A DNA stretch of 64,000 bases, from IMG/VR virus record IMGVR_UViG_3300037465_000037, positions 12,840 through 76,839 of that record; one strand, given 5' to 3'. Shown piece by piece: positions 17,692 through 27,440 of the stretch (the first letter of the stretch is position 1; each line of letters begins with the position of its first letter). The position numbers and the translations under genes were made by a program. Under the pieces are notes generated by a model. That model did no database searches. It was not told where the DNA came from and saw only the letters and a program-made list of their open reading frames with translations. The DNA is from a virus.

Positions 17692-19187
17692 CCGCCGCTG
17701 TTGCTACCGCTACTCCTGCGTGCGTTGATTTCGGTCGCACGCTCTTAGGTGGTATTTCAAGGGAAGATATCGAACGCGCTAAGTGCGCGCTCGACCCTTG
17801 GTATTGCATTAGTCGCTACGTCCACACCATAGACGACAACGGGGATGAATTACTCTTCCCTAACTATCCATATCTCAAGAAGTATATTTACGCTATTCAC
17901 AACAAGCGTAAGGTTCTCTGCTTCAAGACGCGCCAAATGCTAATCTCGTGGGCGTCTGTTGCTTATGCTTACCATCTTGCTACTTTCAAGTCCAATCAAA
18001 CTATTCTCTTCATTTCTAAGAAGAAGCCTGACGCGAATGAACTGGTCAAGCGAGTTCATGATATTCACCGTAACTTCCCTGATTTCCTCAAGATGCCATT
18101 CAAGCGTGGTCCTAAATCGCGCGTCAAGATTGAGTTTGCCAATAGCTCGCGTATTTTCTCTATGCCTTGCGTTGATGATGCAGCGCGTGGGTATACCGTG
18201 AACCTCGGCTTTCTTGACGAGATTGCGTTCTATAAGAATGCCAAGGGTGTATATCAAGGTTGTCGCCCGTCGTTAGGTAAAGGCGGCCGACTGGTTATGG
18301 TGTCAACGCCCAATGGCGATGCGCGTGGCAAGTTTTTCCGTGAGATGGTCAAAGACCATGTAAAATATGGATTTCATCGTATGGATGTAGATTTCACTAT
18401 GAATCCCCGGAAGGATGAACAATGGCTAAAAGAAGAGCGACAGAACCTCACTGAGATGCAATGGAAATACGAGCATGGACTTTACCTTGGCGTTGCTGGA
18501 GCCGGTGCAGTGTTCAAGAAGTACGACTCAGACATACATGTAATCGAGGCATTTGAGATTCCTTCAAACTGGAAGAAGTATCGCACGATTGACTTCGGTC
18601 CTAATCTTGCTTGTATTTGGGTGGCTGAAGATCCGCATGGGCGCTACTATGTTTACCGTGAGCTCTACATTAAAGGCAGGACAGTCGAAGATAGGGCGCG
18701 TATGATTATTGCACATTCGCACGATGAAAACTACGAATTAACGATTGGCGACGAAGCCGATCCACAGGCAATGACAGACTTCGCTTCGCATGGTATTTAT
18801 TGTATCCCGTCTGGCACTAAGGATACTATTGACTCCATTGCGATCCTTGAGAAGCTTTTTGAAGATGTTGGGCAATTCCAGATTTTCGATACATGCAAGA
18901 AAACTGCTGAATCTTTTGAAGATTACATGGGTGATGAGAATGGTGTCCCAGTCAAGCATCAATTCGACCACGGTATTGACGCTATTCGTTATCTGATTCG
19001 CAAGCTAAAGAAGATGAAGGTTTCCCACGCGCGCGAGATGGTTGAACAAACCGATAAGGGAAGCCTACTGCCTAATGATATGGTAATATCTTCAGAGTTA
19101 GGTATTGATGTGGGTCGCGGGTTCAATGAGAAGACATTTGGATTTGGCGAAGGGCATGGTGATCTATCGAAGGAGGTAGGTCTATAA
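17685..19187 (+). CDS. terL: Terminase large subunit
   Basis: KTRQMLISW Walker A variant, GFLDEIAF Walker B, VSTPNG coupling motif, nuclease IDFG...DHGIDAIRY. Confidence 0.93.
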   Translation: MVAAAVATATPACVDFGRTLLGGISREDIERAKCALDPWYCISRYVHTIDDNGDELLFPNYPYLKKYIYAIHNKRKVLCFKTRQMLISWASVAYAYHLATFKSNQTILFISKKKPDANELVKRVHDIHRNFPDFLKMPFKRGPKSRVKIEFANSSRIFSMPCVDDAARGYTVNLGFLDEIAFYKNAKGVYQGCRPSLGKGGRLVMVSTPNGDARGKFFREMVKDHVKYGFHRMDVDFTMNPRKDEQWLKEERQNLTEMQWKYEHGLYLGVAGAGAVFKKYDSDIHVIEAFEIPSNWKKYRTIDFGPNLACIWVAEDPHGRYYVYRELYIKGRTVEDRARMIIAHSHDENYELTIGDEADPQAMTDFASHGIYCIPSGTKDTIDSIAILEKLFEDVGQFQIFDTCKKTAESFEDYMGDENGVPVKHQFDHGIDAIRYLIRKLKKMKVSHAREMVEQTDKGSLLPNDMVISSELGIDVGRGFNEKTFGFGEGHGDLSKEVGL

Positions 19188-19188
19188 G

Positions 19189-19542
19189 ATGCTGTACGAC
19201 GATTGCGTGCTGCCGTCGGTGTTCAATAGGAAGCTGATTACGGCGCGACGTGAGCACAGATGCTCGGAATGCGAGCATCCGATCTTCAAAGGCGAGCAAT
19301 ACTGGAATATCCGTGGACTCTGGGAAGGCACTTGGGATACGTTCTATATTTGCACTTGCTGTGAGAACGCTCGATGTGCTGTTGCTGGCGAGATAGATGT
19401 TTCTTGTGTGCCGTACGGCTTCCTAGCAGAGTATATTGATTATTATGGTTTAGAAGACAAGCCTGCGACGGTTGAAGTTTGTCGGTTTTCGGCTCTTCTC
19501 TCCGATCAATCCAACATTTCTTCTACAGGGGGAGGGCTGTAG
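19189..19542 (+). CDS. Cys-rich hypothetical phage protein
   Basis: ARREHRCSECEHPIFKGEQY...CTCC pattern. Confidence 0.6.
   Translation: MLYDDCVLPSVFNRKLITARREHRCSECEHPIFKGEQYWNIRGLWEGTWDTFYICTCCENARCAVAGEIDVSCVPYGFLAEYIDYYGLEDKPATVEVCRFSALLSDQSNISSTGGGL
19516..19535 (+). repeat. Dispersed motif, variant copy
   Basis: ATTTCT TCTAC A GGGGG AGG at the end of a CDS, upstream of the portal region. Confidence 0.7.
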
Positions 19543-19781
19543 GTTGAATGCTCGTTCTGCTGATCATATTGGTCAGATTGTTATGACTGTTGCTCTTCAG
19601 TGTTTAGTTTTTTCGAAGATTAAAGACCCAATGGAGAAGTCTGAGTGTATTGAGAATCTTGTACTGCGTGCGCGTAGTGAGATTCTTCGAGTCATTAGTG
19701 AGAACTACGATGGCAATACTACTAATTCTAATTCAAATGGTAATATTGTTTCGCAGTTTCGCGTAGTTGAGGAGTATTCGA

Positions 19782-22433
19782 ATGCTACTACTCACTAGGC
19801 AACACAACCAACATCGCAACTTGCAAGCGCAGGAAGATACTTCCAGCACACTCACTCCTCAGCGCAATCCGGCCACTCTTCCTATTGAGCGTGCTGGAAA
19901 TGGTATTCATCCATTTACTGACGACACTCCTTCCAATGGTGTTGATGTTCCCAACATTGATGATAATGTCAAGGCTGCGCTTAATTCTGGTAAGGTGCTC
20001 TCTCGTATTACTATTGATGAGTTCAACAATTTCCTCAGTGGTGATTTGATTTTCGAGACTACGGATACGCTGGTCCGTGAAAAGGGAATGCGTGTCCTTG
20101 ACAAGATGCTCGACCAAGATGCGGATATTAAAAACGCATATCATCTCAAGAAGGCGATGCGCTTATCCTCTGGATGGCGTATCGACCCTTATGATTGCAA
20201 GTGCGTCGAGTCGGAATTTTGGGCCGAGTTTGTTCGCTGGAACTTTGCTAATTTTCTAGAAACTTCGATTGATGCTTTTCTAATGAAGATGTGGGACGGC
20301 ATGCGACAGGGCTTCAAGGTTGCTGAGATTGTTTGGGATATCATTCCTGATGGCAAGTTCAAGGGGATGATTGGTATTCGGCGATTGATTGTTCGCAATT
20401 CTCGTAATTACTCATTCAAGGCACGCGACCTTTCGGGTGAGCTTGATCCATTTGGACTAATTGAAGGCATTTCGCCGACTGGTATGGAATCTGCTTATTA
20501 CGCTCCTCGTCGTTTGCCAGTTGATAAGTTTGTCATCTGGACTTACAACGCACTCGATGACGATATTCAATCTCGATTTGGCAATAGCGATTTTCGTGTG
20601 CTTTGGCGATACTTCTATGGTTCGCTAATCGCGCACACGCATCGCCTGCGGTCTGGTGAGACGTTTTCTCGTCCTAACGTTGTTGTGTCTCTTGAAGAGG
20701 GGATGTTCACCAAGAAACAGCAGGCCAAGATTCGTGATGATATGGGTGAGGTTTACAATCGTGTCGTGACCATCATTCCGAAGGGCGCAGAGTGGAAGCT
20801 CGTTGAGACTCAGCGTACTGAGCCGGGTATGCATGAGCTAATGAAGTTTCATTCTGAGCAGCTAGACAAGGGTCAACTACTTGGGCCTTTTGTTCAGGGT
20901 GCGCAAGAGCGCGGCGTAACTTTGATGAAGGCGCAATTCCAAACCTTTATCTTTGTTCTTGACTGGCTTGGCATTGACACTTCTCAGAATATCATGGGTC
21001 GGCAACTTATCCATCGGTTGATTAACCTTAATACTAATTCTAAGCTTTATCCTAAGTTCGTCATGCCTAAGCTTTCCAAGAATAGTGAGTTGATGGGGAC
21101 GTTCATTAAGGATTTAGTGGAGGCTGGTGTAATTAGTCCGACCGAGGAATGGATTCGTCCGTTCTTGGATATCCCTGCCCCCAATTCTGACGATGGTGCG
21201 AACCCTGTTGGCGATGGTGATGTTGGCAATATTGATGATGAAGGGCAGGCTGATGAGGTTAACAAAATTGCTGATGCAGCTGATGGTAATGGTGGTGGTG
21301 TTGGTGATCCTAATGCCGACCCACCTGGCGAGAATCCTACTCGTCAAATGGTTCTCGCTCTTTCTGCGTCTACTACTGATAGCAGCAATCATGAGCCTCG
21401 CATTTCAATTGCAAGTCCAGAGTCTTATCTTGAGCTTTCGCTGGAGCATGGGATTCGTGAGATTGGTAAGGTTCTCCCTAAGGATTTCATTTCTATCACA
21501 CCTGGATCTTTAGGTGTTATCACAGAGCTCGACAATGGTGAGGCAAAGGTCTATCCAATTACTAGCACTACTGGTCGGTCTGTCATGGATATTTGCAAAT
21601 CCTTGAAGTCATACATTCAGCATCGTCGGGATATGAAGTTGCACGTAATTGAGCATATTGGAGTGTTGGAGAATCGGCCAGTGTTTCGGCGCTTGGCTGT
21701 GATCTCTCCTCCAACGTCGAATGCTGTAGTCAATTACATCGAAGTCGATGATGCTAACGCCAGTAACAACGTTCTTGCAGATGGTGTTGACATCAATCGT
21801 TCTGCTAAGGCGATTATTCGTGATGGGCAAGAGCGCATCCTTGTGCTCAAGGATAAGGGCACTCTGTTCTGGGATTTCCCTGGTGGGCATATGCAAGGTG
21901 ATGAAACCTTAGAAGATGCCGTGCGGCGCGAAGTTGAAGAGGAGTGCGGAATGCGTGTCAGTGCATCGCATCATCTTTTCACTGAGACGCTCAAACTAGG
22001 CGACGAAATGCGTCCGGTTGATTTCTTCAAGTGCGATGCGAATGGCGATATCAAGCTCTCGGATGAGCATACTGATTCTAAGTTTGCTACTCCGACTGAA
22101 CTACGCGAGTTGAACATGGGTGCGTTTGCTCCGCTCCTTGATCGTCTTATCGGCGACAAGCCGCAGAAACTCGCTGAGCTTCGTTCTAAGTCTACTAATG
22201 ATCGCACTGGTTTAGTTGTGCAAACGCTGATCCTAGACCGTGCGACATTCAATACTCTCGATGAAGCTAAGAAGTGGGTTACTTCTCATGGCTTCAAGAT
22301 TCACAAAGAGCCGGATATCACTGCTAAGTCATACCGCTTCCGCCAGGAAGATCCGTCCAGGTTCGTCCGTGGTTCATTCAGGACGGTCCTGATTCGCTCT
22401 GGTGTCCAGGCGGTTGTTGCTCGCTTGAAGTAG
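19782..22433 (+). CDS. Portal protein (DUF935/Mu gp29-like) with a C-terminal extension containing a Nudix hydrolase
   Basis: Portal-like N-terminal ~470 aa directly after terL (GFKVAEIVW, DKFVIWTY..SRFGNSDF); perfect Nudix box GHMQGDETLEDAVRREVEEECGM. Start at ATG 19782 behind GAGGAG. Confidence 0.85.
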   Translation: MLLLTRQHNQHRNLQAQEDTSSTLTPQRNPATLPIERAGNGIHPFTDDTPSNGVDVPNIDDNVKAALNSGKVLSRITIDEFNNFLSGDLIFETTDTLVREKGMRVLDKMLDQDADIKNAYHLKKAMRLSSGWRIDPYDCKCVESEFWAEFVRWNFANFLETSIDAFLMKMWDGMRQGFKVAEIVWDIIPDGKFKGMIGIRRLIVRNSRNYSFKARDLSGELDPFGLIEGISPTGMESAYYAPRRLPVDKFVIWTYNALDDDIQSRFGNSDFRVLWRYFYGSLIAHTHRLRSGETFSRPNVVVSLEEGMFTKKQQAKIRDDMGEVYNRVVTIIPKGAEWKLVETQRTEPGMHELMKFHSEQLDKGQLLGPFVQGAQERGVTLMKAQFQTFIFVLDWLGIDTSQNIMGRQLIHRLINLNTNSKLYPKFVMPKLSKNSELMGTFIKDLVEAGVISPTEEWIRPFLDIPAPNSDDGANPVGDGDVGNIDDEGQADEVNKIADAADGNGGGVGDPNADPPGENPTRQMVLALSASTTDSSNHEPRISIASPESYLELSLEHGIREIGKVLPKDFISITPGSLGVITELDNGEAKVYPITSTTGRSVMDICKSLKSYIQHRRDMKLHVIEHIGVLENRPVFRRLAVISPPTSNAVVNYIEVDDANASNNVLADGVDINRSAKAIIRDGQERILVLKDKGTLFWDFPGGHMQGDETLEDAVRREVEEECGMRVSASHHLFTETLKLGDEMRPVDFFKCDANGDIKLSDEHTDSKFATPTELRELNMGAFAPLLDRLIGDKPQKLAELRSKSTNDRTGLVVQTLILDRATFNTLDEAKKWVTSHGFKIHKEPDITAKSYRFRQEDPSRFVRGSFRTVLIRSGVQAVVARLK

Positions 22434-22463
22434 TGAGCGCATTCACCAATCAAGAAATCTTCC

Positions 22464-22491
22464 TTGACGACCATTTACGATCATGTAGTAT
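22464..22491 (+). promoter_or_regulatory. Sigma-70-like promoter for the head operon
   Basis: TTGACG-N16-TAGTAT in the gap between portal and protease. Confidence 0.5.
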
Positions 22492-22620
22492 CTCGCAGCA
22501 GCACATGCAGTAGTCATACCTAGTTGCGCTAGTTACTTCGCTGCGACCACTGCCAACGCTGCATCGCTGGCGGTTTTATCTGCCTGCTGGATGCGCTCCT
22601 TTCGTTGGCTTTTCGGTAAC

Positions 22621-24618
22621 ATGGCGCTTTCGACCGAGGAAAAGAACAACCTGCCTGATTCCTCCTTTGCGCTCATCCTTCCGGGTGGCGAAAAGGACGA
22701 TTCTGGTCGCACGGTTCCTCGCTCGAATCGCAAGTTCCCGTACAAGGATGCTGACGGGAAATTGCTATTTGAAAACGCTGTCAATGCTTTAGCGATTCTC
22801 AACGGTGCGCGTGGAGGCACTGAAGTTAGCGATGCCGACAAGCGCAAGGCTTGGAATACTATCGTAGCTGCAATCAAGTCTGAGCGATCTGATTATCAGC
22901 CTCCTGAGCAACGTTTCTCTATCTATGATTTTCCGATGCCATTCCCAATTATGCTCGCTGAGCATGGGCATGGTATAGAGTGCAATGATAATGAGTGTCC
23001 TCGTCACATGGATGGCATGTGTGATGAAATGATGAAATTGGATAATGTTACTGATGTAGAGAAGCAGAAACTTGCTGAGATTCGCAAGAAGATCAAAGAC
23101 AAGAATCACACTAAGCAGGATGTTGCGTTTGTCAATATGATGATGCGTAAGCTCAACCTCGCGCAACTTGCTGCTTCGATTCCTTACTACATTTCTGACG
23201 AGTTTCCGCATTATCCTTTCAAGGGTGACTTCAAGAAGTTTTCGACCAGGCTTCAGCATCCGTTAAATCTTTGTAGTATTGCTGAGCAGGATTGCCCGTG
23301 TGTTGGTGCTGTCAACCTGCGGCACGCGGCGCATTCTTGCGATCATGCTAAGCATTTTGGTTGTCCCGTTTTCTTGCAAGACACTGTGTATGCTGATCCC
23401 AAGATGTTTGAGTCCGTCTTCAAATTCTACGATGATGGCACTGCGACCATTGACAAATACGAGGTTTTGAGTGAAGGTAGATGGAACGGTGAAGATTTCA
23501 GTGCTGCTTATCTCAAGCAACTTTCAGATAACTTCTCTCATCTGCGTGGGTACTTAGAAGTCCCGGTCAAGATTGGACATCACAGCGACCAGTCGTTACT
23601 CACCAATAGTGGTGAGGTTGCTGCTGGTTGGTTCCAGAATGTTTGGTATGAGTATACTCCTAAAGGTTGTAAGTTATTTTCCAAGGTGATTGGCATTCCG
23701 CGCAAGGTTGCTCTTCTAATGGAGAAGAACGGCCTGCGTCATCGCTCGCTAGAAATCTTCCGTAATTTCAAGGATCGTACTGGTAAGTCGATTGGTCCGA
23801 CGATTAAAGCATTGGCATTGCTGGGTGTGTCTACCCCAGCGGTCAAGGGTATGGAAACGCTTGATGATATATTGTCGCTGTACCTTGCGGACAACAACAC
23901 AGCAGACGTGCTTTGCGTTTCGCTGGAGGAGCCGAAAGTGTCTGACCAGAATCAGGGAAAGCAGTATTCGCAGGCTGAGGTTGATGCTCTCATCAAGAAG
24001 TTGAGTGATGAGAAGGATGCTCAACTGAAGCAGCAGGATGCGCAGATCAAGGCGCTCTCTGCGACTGCGACCGCTCTTTCCAATACGGTCAAACTTCAGC
24101 AGGTCGAGGGCTCGAAGATTGCTAACGAGCGTACTTACGAGTCGTTACTTGGGGAAGGCAAGCTCCTGCCGAAGCAGAAGGATCATTTCCTGATGCTGAT
24201 GCAGATGGTTGATGGCGTCGAGGATCATCTGAAGGCTGCCAAGTTGGAGTCGGTGTACTTCACTGGCTTGGCTTGGAATCCTGAGTCGATCAAGCTTTCT
24301 GTCAAGGAAGCCGACGACAAGGGTGTCATTAGTGATCGTCATTACAGCATCAAGGATCTGATTGTCAAGCTCTTCAGTATTGCAAACAAGCAGGTCGAGT
24401 TCGGTACGGTGTCGCGTGATACCGACCAGAAGAAGCAGAAGGACAACGCTGATAGCGGCAGCAATGATGGTCAGCAGTTGATGAGTGACCGTGCTGCTGA
24501 GTTGATGGCGAAGGATAAGGCGCTTAGCTTCGGCGATGCGCTGGCTCTCGCTAGTAAGCAACTCATCACGGAAGGCAAGCTGACGATTGCCGATGTGATC
24601 GGCGAGGAGATCAAGTAA
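22621..24618 (+). CDS. Prohead protease/scaffold (Mu I-like) with extra N-terminal domains
   Basis: EVLSEGRWNG...PVKIGHH...AAGW...HRSLEI...ALALLGVSTPAVKGM is Mu-type-protease-like; coiled-coil scaffold C-terminus; N-terminal LSTEEKNNLPDSSFA...RKFP module. Confidence 0.8.
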   Translation: MALSTEEKNNLPDSSFALILPGGEKDDSGRTVPRSNRKFPYKDADGKLLFENAVNALAILNGARGGTEVSDADKRKAWNTIVAAIKSERSDYQPPEQRFSIYDFPMPFPIMLAEHGHGIECNDNECPRHMDGMCDEMMKLDNVTDVEKQKLAEIRKKIKDKNHTKQDVAFVNMMMRKLNLAQLAASIPYYISDEFPHYPFKGDFKKFSTRLQHPLNLCSIAEQDCPCVGAVNLRHAAHSCDHAKHFGCPVFLQDTVYADPKMFESVFKFYDDGTATIDKYEVLSEGRWNGEDFSAAYLKQLSDNFSHLRGYLEVPVKIGHHSDQSLLTNSGEVAAGWFQNVWYEYTPKGCKLFSKVIGIPRKVALLMEKNGLRHRSLEIFRNFKDRTGKSIGPTIKALALLGVSTPAVKGMETLDDILSLYLADNNTADVLCVSLEEPKVSDQNQGKQYSQAEVDALIKKLSDEKDAQLKQQDAQIKALSATATALSNTVKLQQVEGSKIANERTYESLLGEGKLLPKQKDHFLMLMQMVDGVEDHLKAAKLESVYFTGLAWNPESIKLSVKEADDKGVISDRHYSIKDLIVKLFSIANKQVEFGTVSRDTDQKKQKDNADSGSNDGQQLMSDRAAELMAKDKALSFGDALALASKQLITEGKLTIADVIGEEIK

Positions 24619-24619
24619 C

Positions 24620-24988
24620 ATGAGTGCTGGCGTCACCCCTGGGAATCTGGTCGCTAGCTCCGCTATCACCAAGTTCCGCATTCTTGCGCTTGATACTTCT
24701 GATGAGCGATTGGTTGAGCATGCTGTGCTCGCTGCGACTCGTCCTATCGGCGTGTCTGAGGTTGACGTGCCGGAGGGCGAGGCTGTCACGTTCGAAGGCC
24801 GTGATGGCTATGTCACGGCTGTCGAGGCTGGTGAAGCCATCGCGGTTGGCGACGACGTTGTTGCCGGCCTTCTCGGCAAGGGCTTCGTCGGTGGCTCTGG
24901 TGATGAGGCGATTGGAACGGCTCTCACGTCGGCTTCGGCTGACGGTGAGATCGTCAACCTCCTCATCGCCAAGCGAGTCATTCCGTAG
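24620..24988 (+). CDS. Capsid decoration/cement protein (DUF2190-like)
   Basis: IGVS...GYVTAVEAGEAIAVGDDV...IGTALTSASADGEIV pattern; lies between protease and major capsid. Confidence 0.8.
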   Translation: MSAGVTPGNLVASSAITKFRILALDTSDERLVEHAVLAATRPIGVSEVDVPEGEAVTFEGRDGYVTAVEAGEAIAVGDDVVAGLLGKGFVGGSGDEAIGTALTSASADGEIVNLLIAKRVIP

Positions 24989-25062
24989 TTTTTAGTATTT
25001 CATACTCTGTCGCCTGCTCAATCAGGTAAGCAAGAGCAAGAGATCAAAGAGGTCCAACTGAA

Positions 25063-25983
25063 ATGCCCCCACTCAGTCGTGCTGATGTCCATGTTGACAC
25101 CGCGCTATCCAATGTCAGCCAGAAGCTCATGCTTCCTGACTTGGTTGCGTTCATCATCGCTCCCGTGGTTCCAGTCGTCAAGGAGTCTGACGTATACTGG
25201 AAGTTCGGGCGCGAGGAGATGCGTGACCTGAAGGGGCGCGACGTGCGCGGCTTGAAGGAGGAAGCTACTGTCTTCCGTTGGGAGCCGAGTGGCACCGAGG
25301 GATACGTCTGCGAAGAGCGTGCTCTCAAGGATTGTGTGCCGGATCGCGTTGTCACCAACAGTGACGCTGTGATCCGTCCGATGATCCGCGCCGTTGAGAA
25401 GCTCACCTACGCGCTGCGCCTTCAGCATGAGATTCGCATTGCAGATCTCATCGTCGGGCCGGCGACGACGGTGCCCGGTGCGCCGGTCGCCGTCAAGTGG
25501 GATGACCCGGCTGCCGACATCGAGGCTGATGTCAAGGACGCGAAGGAGACGGTGCGCCTTGCCATCGGTGTCGAGCCCAACACGATCATCATGTCGGCTG
25601 CGGTTGCCAATAAGGTCGTGGACTTCCTCAAGGCGTCGGCTGAAATCTCGATCCAGCAGCGAATCTCGCTGTTCGAGATGCCTGACGTGTGGCTGGGCAT
25701 GCGCGTGGTCGTGGTCAGGTCGCAGAAGAACACGGCTGAGGAGGGCGCTGCCGAGGTTATCGCCGATGTCTGGCCGGACACTGTGACGCTCGCCTGGATC
25801 AACCCGCGCCAGCCTGCGCTCGACGACGCTTCGCTAGTCTGGACGATCCGCTCTCGCGACTTCCGCGTCAAGCGGTGGCGTGCTGAGGAGCGAGATAGCA
25901 CATGGCTTCAGGCTGACTGGGTTCTCACCGAGAAGCTGGTCACTCCGACTGCTGGCTTCAATCTCGAAGACGTGCTCACCTAG
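25063..25983 (+). CDS. Major capsid protein
   Basis: 306 aa; DVHVDTALSNVS N-terminus; position in the head operon; strongest GC3 codon bias; followed by a long hairpin. Confidence 0.85.
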   Translation: MPPLSRADVHVDTALSNVSQKLMLPDLVAFIIAPVVPVVKESDVYWKFGREEMRDLKGRDVRGLKEEATVFRWEPSGTEGYVCEERALKDCVPDRVVTNSDAVIRPMIRAVEKLTYALRLQHEIRIADLIVGPATTVPGAPVAVKWDDPAADIEADVKDAKETVRLAIGVEPNTIIMSAAVANKVVDFLKASAEISIQQRISLFEMPDVWLGMRVVVVRSQKNTAEEGAAEVIADVWPDTVTLAWINPRQPALDDASLVWTIRSRDFRVKRWRAEERDSTWLQADWVLTEKLVTPTAGFNLEDVLT

Positions 25984-25990
25984 TAATCTT

Positions 25991-26028
25991 GGCCGGCTAG
26001 CTATCATTTCAATGGTGGTTAGCCGGCC
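25991..26028 (+). terminator. Long hairpin after the capsid gene (terminator or mRNA stabiliser)
   Basis: GGCCGGCTA / TAGCCGGCC outer stem plus an inner stem with G-U pairs; no clear U-tract. Confidence 0.6.
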
Positions 26029-26041
26029 TGGATCAACTTAA

Positions 26042-26575
26042 ATGGGTAAGTACGCTACGCTTGAGGAAAATACATTCTATATCAAACGTCTGTTTGAATT
26101 AATTGGGACTGGTGAAACACACTTCACAGAAGAAGAAAGAGTACAGGCTGATAATTGGGGATCGGCAATGGTTGATGCTTACCTTGGTAACGTCACCATT
26201 CCTACTGGAATTGACACTCCAATTTTGATTAACGAGGTTGCACTAGCCTTATCTTCTCATCGCCTGTTGCGAAACCTCGTCGTAGCAAATGCTCCGAATC
26301 AAGATGAACATGTAAATGCTTTGCGTGATACTGCAATTGCAACACTAAAAGATATCCGTCATGGTCGTATTAGTTTGATTCTTTTGGATGGCTCTTTACA
26401 TCCAGACTATGTTGGACCTAGTGATGGTCATAGGTTTGCTCCCCAGAACGATGTTGACCACTTGCGTAGATTCTTCACTCAAATCAACAGACCTTTCGAG
26501 AAGATGGAACATCTTACATCTGAAGAAGCACCAGAAAACGAGCAGTACACCGACCCGGATTACGACGGTTTGTAG
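26042..26575 (+). CDS. Head-tail adaptor (Mu gp36/DUF1320-like)
   Basis: SAMVDAYLG...LINEVALALSSHRL...AIATLKDIRHGRISL pattern. Confidence 0.75.
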   Translation: MGKYATLEENTFYIKRLFELIGTGETHFTEEERVQADNWGSAMVDAYLGNVTIPTGIDTPILINEVALALSSHRLLRNLVVANAPNQDEHVNALRDTAIATLKDIRHGRISLILLDGSLHPDYVGPSDGHRFAPQNDVDHLRRFFTQINRPFEKMEHLTSEEAPENEQYTDPDYDGL

Positions 26576-26585
26576 GAGTTGAACG

Positions 26586-27032
26586 ATGGCTGGCCCTGTT
26601 AGTCCGCAGGATCTAAGGCGCAAGCTTGGTCGGCATGCAAGCAATCGTGGTGTGCTGTCTGGGTTGGTTGAGTACGTCTTGGCGAAGCGAGCCGAGCTTG
26701 TATTTTTTGGCCCTGATCCTGCTGCCGTCGATTCTGGTACCGAGTTTACGATTGCTGTCGTGGCGCGTGACTCTGCTGGTGACGAGATTCACGTCGAGGA
26801 TGCCAAGGCCAAGCTTTCGGTTGGCATGATTTCCAGTGATCCTAGCGTTGTTGAGATTCTGACCGAGCAACCCGTCGAGCAGGGTTATGAGTTTGATGAT
26901 GGTGTGCCGGTATTGCATTCGCGTTCGACTGCTCGGGCGAAGACTGCTGGTAGTGCAACGATCTCCATGTCTGGCACTGTCTCGACTACCGGACTGACTA
27001 TCAGCGATACGCTCACTGTCACGGTTAGCTAG
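26586..27032 (+). CDS. Ig-like domain virion protein
   Basis: SSDPSVVEI...AKTAGSATIS...LTVTVS is Big_2-like. Confidence 0.65.
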   Translation: MAGPVSPQDLRRKLGRHASNRGVLSGLVEYVLAKRAELVFFGPDPAAVDSGTEFTIAVVARDSAGDEIHVEDAKAKLSVGMISSDPSVVEILTEQPVEQGYEFDDGVPVLHSRSTARAKTAGSATISMSGTVSTTGLTISDTLTVTVS

Positions 27033-27047
27033 TAAAGCTAACGAGCA

Positions 27048-27428
27048 ATGGGATTACTTCATACACGTGGCGGTGCGTTGGGAGTTGTTGTTGTAGGCGG
27101 CGTTTCTATTACTGGCACTGTTCCAGACGTAGTTCCGAATGGTGTGGTACAACTTAATCGTGATGTCACGATTGCTGGCACCGAGCAAGTTGATCTTGTT
27201 GCGCTAGGTGCGATCAACGATGGTGTTGAAGTTGATAGTATTCTGTTCAACAATACTGCGCAATCTGGGACACTGAAGGTTTATCTTACGTCTGATTTGC
27301 TAGCCGGTGGTTTTACTTCCATCCTTCCGGGGGGCTCCCTTGGTTTTCGTCTGCAACTTGAAGAGTATGCCGTGAGTGGAACATACGCAGAGCAACCTTA
27401 CGAGATTACGATTCTCAAGCGTGTTTGA
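27048..27428 (+). CDS. Hypothetical virion protein
   Basis: Beta-rich ORF in the neck region. Confidence 0.5.
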   Translation: MGLLHTRGGALGVVVVGGVSITGTVPDVVPNGVVQLNRDVTIAGTEQVDLVALGAINDGVEVDSILFNNTAQSGTLKVYLTSDLLAGGFTSILPGGSLGFRLQLEEYAVSGTYAEQPYEITILKRV

Positions 27429-27440
27429 CATTCTCTAAAG

